The position numbers and the translations under genes are program-made. 20,000 nucleotides of DNA from Chiloscyllium plagiosum (Eukaryota), in contig NC_057719.1 of assembly GCF_004010195.1 (NCBI RefSeq), positions 43,079,927-43,099,926 on the forward strand. Direction: 5' to 3'. This document shows, one piece after another, positions 12,096 to 20,000 of this stretch (its first letter is position 1; every line of letters starts with the position of its first letter). The notes beneath the pieces are model-generated. The model was not told the origin of the DNA and searched no databases. It worked only from the letters and a program-made list of their open reading frames with translations.

Positions 12096-13049
12096 CCACG
12101 GTACCACCTTTTTAATACAGGAGTCCTAACATATATTCGTAATCCGAGCTAACATTTATCCAATTGATGAGAGTGATGTTTATGCAGAGCTGCTTGTGTG
12201 GTTTGTTAAACTGGATCTATTTAACGATAGCCTACTCTTAGCAAAGGAGCATTTATTTCAAACAGAGATACTATAGAGATATCATCCTTGTCAAATAATA
12301 CTCTTGAGTTTACAGATCTGGAAGTCTGCAAACTTTCATGATTTGGTCCATAAAGCCTATTGGTAAGTAATAATTGTTTATGTGAGGAGGCTGCAAGGAT
12401 TACTGAGACATGTGGGTGTTGCAAAGTGTAATACCAAGCTAATATTTGGATCACACTCATCCATTCTATTTCAAAATAAAATTGATCTCCTCCTCTGCAT
12501 TATGTCTTTATGGGTTTTTTTTTAAAGTAACTAAAATAGAAGTGTTTGATTTTAAAAATGAATTGGCTAACATCACTAATTCCCTCCCACAATGACCTAG
12601 AAAAGGAAACTGATTTTGAGCAGAACAGACACGTGCATGTGTGCTTTTGCACTCCGTAGATTACTTTTAAGCAGGAAGGGAATGTTGTTCAGGAAAGATA
12701 CAGAAGTAAAACTTGAGATTTTCCATTGAGACTATTTTATGTAAGTGGGGGAGGAGGACAAAGATACGTGAAAAATTATTTAGCGATTGGTGAAATGAAA
12801 TTTAAGGGAAGGGGCAATGAATTCTGAGATAAAAGCAACTTGACCATTAGTCAGTGAGATGTCTTAGCTTTAGGGCAACGAAGGGAAAGTAAAAGCCTTG
12901 GGTTTTGCTACTCTGTTTAAATCAGGCAAAGTCTAACAGTTCAGGTACTCTCTCCACTGTACAGTTATTAGGTAATACGTATGTTGTGACAAGTATTATC
13001 TCCTCAAAGTCATTTTTAATTATCATTTTGAAGGTTGTTGAGTTTCTTT

Positions 13050-13667
13050 TCCCAACATACATTTCACAAGCATCGTTACAAAGAGACTGTTGAATAGCAC
13101 CACCAACTTCCAGACACATCCTGATAGAACAATGGAGTTGATGGAGGCCAGGAGAAATACCAAGCTGAAGTAAGGGGTAGAATCAGGAACTGGAGAGAAA
13201 GTAAGAGAAGTGAAGGTTAGAAATAATGATACAATGAGATGAAAGTACATGTAAGAGCTGTGAGTACAGGGACAAGGCTAAACACAAGTTTAGTGGAAAC
13301 ATCGAGAAGTCCATGGAGGAAAGAGCACATGTGCTGAACCCTGTGAGAGAAAATGTAAAATGTGAGCGATCATGTTGGACGATGAGCAACAGTGTTGAGC
13401 CAGGAAAAATAAACGAGTAAAGGAGCAGGAAAGAAGACAAAGTGAAGAGCAAGTTTCAGGTGAAACGGAATGGTAAACTAAAGAGGCAGGCAGATTTTTT
13501 TCAAACATTACACTTTCAGAATCCTTACTGAAAGGAGCACAATACAATGTTTTAGGCAGAGGCACAAGCTGATGATGCAAGTTGAAAGTTAATGCTAACT
13601 TCAAAAGCAACAATGTATCTAGAGAATGTATAAATGGGAAACTAAAGTCACCACCAACAGTTACCAA
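13050..13667 (-). mobile_element. Ancient L2-like LINE remnant including APE endonuclease region
   Basis: ORF 13290-13667 begins VGGDFSFP (GDFN-like APE motif); purine-rich + strand as expected for antisense L2. Confidence 0.45.
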
Positions 13668-13994
13668 TCAAAACCAAAAAAAAACACAAAAAGAGAATAT
13701 ATGAAGGCAGAAGTTTTGATTTGAAATCATTGAACTCCATGTTGAGTCCATGACCTGAGGGCATAAAAGATGCTGTAGAAATTATCGGCTTTTTAATGAT
13801 AATTATTTAAATTTCCTCATTTGATCATATGGGGGGAATGAGGGAAAATCGATATATTAGAAACTCTGGTGCTAATTGCATTCAGTACAAAAATGTGTTG
13901 TGTTTTAAAGTAATACATTTCACTTTAGAATTCTAGGCAGTAAGCTTTCAGTTACTTTTGAGACATTAACTTCTGTAATATAGAACTTAAGTAT

Positions 13995-14125
13995 TGCTGA
14001 AGAAAGAAACGTGCTGTTAAAGCTTTTCATCTTGCACTCATCAGGCCAGACAGATGGCCAGATTTCAATGGGACCAGCAATTTAAATGTATGAGAAAAGG
14101 TGCTGATTGGTTAGTAAATTGAAGG
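13995..14125 (-). mobile_element. Old Penelope-like terminal repeat with hammerhead motif (separate family)
   Basis: Reverse complement of 14011-14050: CTGGC-CTGATGA-GT-GCAAG-AT-GAAA-AGCT-TT-AACAG. Confidence 0.6.
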
Positions 14126-14314
14126 GTTAGCATGGAGAATTATTGTTTGCCACAGTTTTATTGAATTCAAAGAAAAGTGCAATGACTAAATATGTTCCAT
14201 TTTCCTGTGGAAAGTAGGTCCATTTGTCTGAATATATGTAGTTTCTCACTAATACAAGTGAGCCACACTGCAAGGCCTTCGAGCACTCTGAAGGTAGAGG
14301 GTGAACAGTCACCT

Positions 14315-14403
14315 TCTGGATTAGTGGTGCTGGAAGAGCACAGCAGTTCAGGCAGCATCCGAGGAGCAATAAAATTGACATTTCGGGCAAAAGCCCTTCA
14401 TCA
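14315..14403 (-). mobile_element. 89-bp hammerhead-bearing Penelope-derived mini-insertion with 15-bp TSD
   Basis: GGTGAACAGTCACCT at 14300-14314 and 14404-14418; minus strand reads CTGATGA-A-GGGC-TTTT-GCCC-GAAA-TGTC; closely similar to 16994-17087. Confidence 0.9.
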
Positions 14404-14489
14404 GGTGAACAGTCACCTGACAAGCCAACGCATTTATCCTTTGGCTAGCAAAACAGAAAAAAAAGACAATCATTTATTCATGCAAATAT

Positions 14490-14700
14490 GTTACGCCCAA
14501 TACTTATGCACTTGCATTTTATGTAGCAATCTCCTAATGTGCCTTTTAGAAATCCAAGTATACCATATCTTGATCAATTTTATACACCTTGCACCTTGCT
14601 TCCATGAGTAACTCTAACGAATTTGTTAAACACAATTTCTCTTTCACAAAACCATGCCTAATTACTTTATGATTTTCTAAGTAATCAACGTTTTTCCTGA
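14490..14700 (-). mobile_element. Old CR1 RT fragment
   Basis: Minus strand from ~14655 reads HGFVKEKLCLTNSLE (cf. [13 protein letters not shown] in the 19072 copy). Confidence 0.6.
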
Positions 14701-14709
14701 GAAAAGGAT

Positions 14710-15660
14710 TCTAGCGTAAGAATGATGTGAAATTATAATGGGGGTAATTATTCTAATATAGATTGGATTAGCATACACCGTGGCTCTGTGGTTAGCACTA
14801 CTGCCTCACAGTGCCAGGGACCCAGGTTCAATTCCAGCTTCTGGCGACTGTCTGAGTCGAATTTGCACATTCTCCCCGTGTCTGTGTGGGTTTCCTCCGG
14901 GTGCTCTGGTTTCCTCCCACAAAGATGTGCAGATTAGGTGAACTGGTCATGCTAAATTGCCCATAGAGTTCAGAGATGTGTAAATTAGGTGCATTAGTCA
15001 GGAATAATGTAGGGGAATGGGTCTGGGTAGGTTACTCTTTGGAGGGTCAATGTGGACTTGCTTGGCTGAAGGGCCCATTTCCATGCTGTAGGGAACCTAA
15101 TCTAATCTAATTGTAGTGTAAAGGACAGAAATGCACAGGAACTTCTGGAGAATGTTCAGGATAATTTTCTGTATCAATATGCTTTTAGTTTAATGAGGAA
15201 TGTGGCTTGCTGGATCTGGTTCTGGAAAGTGAAGTGGAGCAGGTGCCAATTGGGGACCATTGAACACATGGATCACAGCCACATAAGGTTTGATTTAGAT
15301 ATGACAAATGACGAGAAAAAATAGAGTATTTTGGCAAGGACCAACACAAATGATGAGAACAGATTTGATATAGATAAATTAGATTCAAAGAATTGTAAAC
15401 AAAACAAATGTTGCAACATACTTGTTGCCTTTGAAGAGGCGATGGTTTCTGTGCAGTCAGGAGGAGCAAAGATAGACCAAAAATGTTGATGACAAAAGAG
15501 GCAGATAAACATATGAAAAATGCATGTGATAATTGTCAAGTAGATGGTGCAATTGAGAACCAGGCTCAATAAACCAGATTTAGAGGGGAAGTGAAAAAAG
15601 AAAGAACAAAGACAGAATGCAAATAGAGTGCCAACTAATAGGAGAATCCAAAAATACTGC
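14710..15660 (+). mobile_element. Old CR1 APE-endonuclease/linker fragment, interrupted by a V-SINE
   Basis: Decayed motifs IIMG..../NIDW (14731-14767), ENVQDNFLYQY (15148-15180), LLDLVL (15207-15224). Confidence 0.65.
14775..15111 (+). mobile_element. V-SINE (HE1-like)
   Basis: A-box TGGCTCTGTGGTTAG, B-box GGTTCAATTCC, V-domain, CR1-type tail, (CTAAT)3 end. Confidence 0.95.
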
Positions 15661-15667
15661 GTCTTTT

Positions 15668-15965
15668 AGATTAGATTGGATTAGATTCCCTACAGTATGG
15701 AAACGAGCCCTTCAGCCCAACAAGTCCACACCAACCTTCTGAAGAGTAGCCCACCCAGACCCATTCCCCTACCCTGTATTCACCCCTGACTAATGCACCT
15801 AACACTATGGGCAATTTAGCATGGCCAATCACCTGACCTACACATCTTTTGGACTGTGGGAAGAAACCGGAACACCAGGAGGAAACCCATGCAGACCCGG
15901 GGAGAATGTGGAAATTCCACACAGACAGTCACCCGAGACGCGAATCGAACTCTGGTTCCTGACGC
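15668..15965 (-). mobile_element. V-SINE (HE1-like), A-box end missing
   Basis: Reverse complement of the V-SINE body; (ATTAG)n tail at 15668-15686; B-box GAGTTCGATTC on minus strand. Confidence 0.95.
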
Positions 15966-15972
15966 CTCTTTT

Positions 15973-16305
15973 TACGGCGGCTCAGTGGGTAACATTGCTG
16001 CTTCATAGCACCAGGGACCTGGGTTTGATTCCAGCCTCGGGCAACTGTCTGTGTAGAGTTTTCACATTCTCCCTGTGTCTGAGTGTTTTTATCGGGTGCT
16101 CTGGTTTCCTCCCACGATCCAAAGATGTTAGGTTAAGTAAATCGGCCATGCTAAATTGCCCATAATGTTCAGGGATATGTAGGTTAGGTGCATTAGTTAG
16201 GGGTAAATGTAAATTATAGAATCGGGAAATGGGTTACTCTTTGAAGGGTCGGTGTGGACTTGTTGGGCCAAATGGCCTGTTTCCACACTGTAGGGATGCT
16301 ATGAT
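15973..16305 (+). mobile_element. V-SINE (HE1-like)
   Basis: CGGCTCAGTGG A-box, GGTTTGATTCC B-box, V-domain, tail GGCCTGTTTCCACACTGTAGGGAT. Confidence 0.95.
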
Positions 16306-16957
16306 GTGTTGGCCTACTGCATCCAACACAGTACAATCAAATTAGTGCTTTTTTTGAAGTCATAGAATTCTTCAAGCACAAAAAGAGGCCTATTGCTCAT
16401 CATGTCCATGTCAGACATCAAACGTTCATTCAACATTCTTACACCTAGCCCATAGTTTTGCATGTCATGGTGTTTCGAATGCTCATCTAAAAAGTTCATA
16501 AATGTCTTGAGGGTTCCTACCTCTACCACCCTTTCAGGCAGTGTGGTCTAGATACCCAAAATCCTTGAAGTGAAAGGATTATTCCTCCTTAATTGTAAAC
16601 CTTCTGCTGCTTACCCTTAATATCCACTGTTTATTGACCCTTAAACAGAGAGAGATTTCTCCTTTCTACCCTGCCTATTCCCCTCAGAACATTGTATACC
16701 TCCAATAGATGTCCCCCTCAACCTCCTCTACTCGAAAGCAGGGGTTGTTATCCTATCTAGTCTACCTTCACAACTGAATTGCTCCAGCTCAGTCAACATC
16801 CTGGTGAATCTCTTCTGCACCCTCTTTAGTGCATTGTATCCTTCCTATACTGTGGTAACAAGAACTGCACACAGTACTCCAGCTGTAGTTTAACATTACA
16901 GCTCCATCATAACCTCCCTGCTCTTGTATTCAGTGCCTTGACTAATAAAAGCAAGTA

Positions 16958-17094
16958 GGTAAAAATAATGACTGCAGATGCTGGAAACCAGATTCTGGAG
17001 TAGAGTGGTGCTGGAAAAGCACAGCAGTTCAGGCAACCTCCGAGGAGCACGAAATTCCGACGTTTCGGGCAAAAGCCCTTCATCAGGAATACAG
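16958..17094 (-). mobile_element. 137-bp hammerhead-bearing Penelope-derived mini-insertion with 7-bp TSD
   Basis: GCAAGTA at 16951-16957 and 17095-17101; removing the insert and one TSD restores continuous CR1 sequence. Confidence 0.9.
17054..17090 (-). ncRNA. Minimal type I hammerhead ribozyme motif, catalytic core intact
   Basis: ATTC-CTGATGA-A-GGGC-TTTT-GCCC-GAAA-CG-TC^GGAAT: core boxes, 4-bp stem II, palindromic ACGT stem III, GUC cleavage triplet. Confidence 0.8.
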
Positions 17095-17234
17095 GCAAGT
17101 ATCCCAAATGCCACTTTAACCACCTTATCTACCGAACTGCTTCCTTCAAGATTTGGAGGTACCTGTGTTGGACTGAGGTGGACATAGTTAAAAATCACAA
17201 CACCAGGATATAGTCCAACAGGTTTATTTGGAAG

Positions 17235-17270
17235 CACTAGCTTTTGAAGCGCTGCTTCTTCATCAGGTGG
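17235..17270 (-). ncRNA. Hammerhead motif of the Penelope terminal repeat (G12 mutated to A)
   Basis: CAC-CTGATGA-A-GAAGC-AGC-GCTTC-AAAA-GC-TA^GTG: stems I and II pair, palindromic AGCT stem III. Confidence 0.75.
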
Positions 17271-17807
17271 TTGTGGAGCAGAATCATAAGACACAGACTT
17301 TACAGGAACAGGATTGCAGTGTCATGGAATATAATATTGAACAAATTTAGCTGAAGTCGTTCATCGTTCAGAATGACCATGTTAGTTTCGGTTCCTTCAT
17401 ATGTGAATCCCAGAACTTTTTTAAAGTTACATTCTCAAGATAGCTTTTAACAATAGGTGTCTTCTCAGCTCAGATAATGCATTGAAGGTGTGAAGTTAAA
17501 GTCTGTCTATGTCCCAATGTTAGGTCAGACTGATTCTATTTCTAAAGTGGGATTTCAAATTTTACATGGATTTATGCAGTTTTTGCACAAAATAAAATGT
17601 AATTCTGCAAATACAAATTCGCCCCACAAACTTGTGTGTGCAGAGGAGACTGAGTGAGTGTGTTCATGTGGGGGTGTGAGTGTCTGTGAGAGAGTGTGTG
17701 TCTGTGTGAGTGTAATGAGATATAAGTCTGTGAGAGGGTGTGGGTGAGTGTGGGGGTGAGCATATGAGAGCTTATGTATCAGAGAGAGTCTGTGAGAGTG
17801 TGTGGGT

Positions 17808-19092
17808 CATAGAGTCATAGAGATGTACAGCATGGAAACAGACCCTTCGGTCCAACCCATCCATGCCGACCAGATATNNNNNNNNNNNNNNNNNNNNNNN
17901 NNNNNNNNNNNNNNNNNNNNNNNNNNNNNNNNNNNNNNNNNNNNNNNNNNNNNNNNNNNNNNNNNNNNNNNNNNNNNNNNNNNNNNNNNNNNNNNNNNNN
18001 NNNNNNNNNNNNNNNNNNNNNNNNNNNNNNNNNNNNNNNNNNNNNNNNNNNNNNNNNNNNNNNNNNNNNNNNNNNNNNNNNNNNNNNNNNNNNNNNNNNN
18101 NNNNNNNNNNNNNNNNNNNNNNNNNNNNNNNNNNNNNNNNNNNNNNNNNNNNNNNNNNNNNNNNNNNNNNNNNNNNNNNNNNNNNNNNNNNNNNNNNNNN
18201 NNNNNNNNNNNNNNNNNNNNNNNNNNNNNNNNNNNNNNNNNNNNNNNNNNNNNNNNNNNNNNNNNNNNNNNNNNNNNNNNNNNNNNNNNNNNNNNNNNNN
18301 NNNNNNNNNNNNNNNNNNNNNNNNNNNNNNNNNNNNNNNNNNNNNNNNNNNNNNNNNNNNNNNNNNNNNNNNNNNNNNNNNNNNNNNNNNNNNNNNNNNN
18401 NNNNNNNNNNNNNNNNNNNNNNNNNNNNNNNNNNNNNNNNNNNNNNNNNNNNNNNNNNNNNNNNNNNNNNNNNNNNNNNNNNNNNNNNNNNNNNNNNNNN
18501 NNNNNNNNNNNNNNNNNNNNNNNNNNNNNNNNNNNNNNNNNNNNNNNNNNNNNNNNNNNNNNNNNNNNNNNNNNNNNNNNNNNNNNNNNNNNNNNNNNNN
18601 NNNNNNNNNNNNNNNNNNNNNNNNNNNNNNNNNNNNNNNNNNNNNNNNNNNNNNNNNNNNNNNNNNNNNNNNNNNNNNNNNNNNNNNNNNNNNNNNNNNN
18701 NNNNNNNNNNNNNNNAAACTTACTAACTATACCTCTTATGCTCTCATCCAAATCATTTATGTAAATGACAAAAAGTAGCGGGCCCAGCACCGATCCTTGT
18801 GGCACTCCACTGGTCACAGGCCTCCAGTCTGAAAAACAACCCTCCACCACCATCCTCTGTCTTCTACCTTTGAGCCAGTTCTGTATCCAAATGGCTAGTT
18901 CTCCCTGTATTCCATGAGATCTAACCTTGTTAACCAGTCTCCCATGGGGAACCTTTACAAACGCCTTACTGAAGTCCATATAGATCACATCTACTGCTCT
19001 GCCCTCATCAATCCTCTTTGTTACTTCTTCAAAAAACTCAATCGAGTTTGTGAGACATGATTTCCCATGCACAAAGCCATGTTGACTATCCC
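17808..19092 (-). mobile_element. Young 5'-truncated CR1 LINE nested in the Penelope element
   Basis: Uninterrupted RT segment [13 protein letters not shown]...YMDFSKAF...[20 protein letters not shown]; (ATAGAGTC)n tail at 17804-17822; same family as 5178-6398. Confidence 0.95.
17878..18715. other. Assembly gap (838 N)
   Basis: Run of N. Confidence 1.
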
Positions 19093-19150
19093 GAGAGTCT
19101 GGAGGATTGTGTGTTTGTTTATGTTAGTGAGTGTGTATAGTGTAATGGGG

Positions 19151-19570
19151 TCACCTGTAGTGTGACATGAGCTCAAGGACCTGGTTGAGACCATCCTCAT
19201 GGGTACCCAACCTGGCTATCAGCCTCTGCTCGGCCACTTTGCGTTGTTGCCTGTCCCAAAGTCTGCCTTGGAAGATGGTCATCCAAATGACAGAGGCTAA
19301 ATGTCCCAGACCGCTGAAGAGTTCCCCGACTGGGAGGGAACACTGCTGGCTGATGTTTGTTGTGCGGTGTCCATTCATCCATTGCTGCAGCCTCAGCTCT
19401 GTCTCGCCAATGTACCATGCCTCAGGGCATCCTTGCCTGCAGCGTATGAGAGAGACAATGTTGGCCAAGTCACGTGAGTACCTGCCGCATACATGGTGGT
19501 GTTCCCACATGTAATGGTGGTATCTGTGTCGACACTCTGACACGTCTTGCAGAATCTGCCATGACAGGGT
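19151..19570 (-). pseudogene. Frameshifted Penelope C-terminal coding remnant: Cys-rich linker plus GIY-YIG endonuclease
   Basis: PCHGRFCKTC (19540-19569, different frame) then NIVSLIRCRQGCPEAWYIGET...MNGHR...PVGELF...EQRLIARLGTHEDGLN. Confidence 0.9.
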
Positions 19571-20000
19571 TATATGCGGTTGTTCTGAAGTGTGTTGTTG
19601 CCTCTCCCAAAATCCACACATGCACACAAGCATGTGTACGCACACGCACGCACACACACACACAATCCTCCAGACTCACACACTCTCGTAGACTCTCTCT
19701 CTCTCTCTCACACACACAAGCTCTCATATGCACACATACACACACCCCCATACTCTCACCCACACACGCACCCTCTCACAGACCTATACCCCATTACACT
19801 CTCACACAGACACATATTCTCTCACAGACACTCACACCCCCACAGGAACACACTCAGTCAGTCTCCTCTGCACACACGCACACACAAGTTTGTGGGGTGA
19901 ATTTGTACTTGCAGAAGTACATTTCATTTTACTCAATTGCATAAATCCATGTCAAATTCTGTAATTCCTACTTTAGAAATACAATCAGTCTGACCTAACA

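Larger units (their letters stand above)
16358..17150 (-). mobile_element. Degenerate CR1 LINE 3' fragment hosting a nested HHR mini-element
   Basis: AGTCATAGA tail; ORF 16314-16529 resembles the CR1 C-terminus; ORF 16896-17294 has VDKVVKVAFGIL / LAFISQGTEYKSREVMMEL split by the insertion. Confidence 0.85.
17152..20000 (-). mobile_element. Penelope-like element (Neptune-type), 5'-truncated with inverted duplication of its 3' region; interrupted by CR1; runs off the window end
   Basis: GIY-YIG remnant 19151-19570, GT-rich 3' region, HHR-bearing terminus 17152-17280; ~19614-20000 is an inverted copy of ~17518-17808 plus 19093-19140. Confidence 0.9.

Noticed and set aside
16896..17294. 132-aa ORF containing PDEGLLPET, also seen in ORF 14127-14423, as a possible repeated protein motif
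   Set aside because: It is the translation of the hammerhead DNA motif across a chimera of three repeats
17802..19072. Long ORFs of 287-421 aa
   Set aside because: Artefacts of the N run; the only real coding part is CR1 RT
19470..19964. His/Thr- and Cys/Val-rich ORFs, also at 17572-17763
   Set aside because: Translations of (CA)/(GT)-rich Penelope 3' sequence
1..20000. CRISPR array, retron, diversity-generating retroelement or other prokaryotic RT system
   Set aside because: No regularly spaced repeats or operon structure; all RT fragments belong to eukaryotic non-LTR clades

Overview
Eukaryotic, repeat-dominated DNA. The repeat complement (HE1-type V-SINEs with their CR1 partner, Penelope/Neptune, Rex1/Babar, L2, Tx1) points to a cartilaginous fish, probably a shark (inference). 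It reads as intronic sequence of a + strand gene with one well-supported 152-nt internal coding exon (9785-9936; gene not recognised), and it contains an 838-nt assembly gap inside a CR1. The most interesting signal is a set of six Penelope-type minimal hammerhead-ribozyme (HHR) motifs or remnants from about four sequence families. Two are tiny stand-alone insertions (89 and 137 bp) flanked by 15-bp and 7-bp target-site duplications and starting at the ribozyme, like minimal non-autonomous retrozyme-like elements. The window ends in a Neptune-type GIY-YIG Penelope element with an inverted terminal duplication, one arm of which is interrupted by a young CR1. Family names come from recognition of motifs, not database searches, and repeat boundaries are approximate unless TSD-defined.
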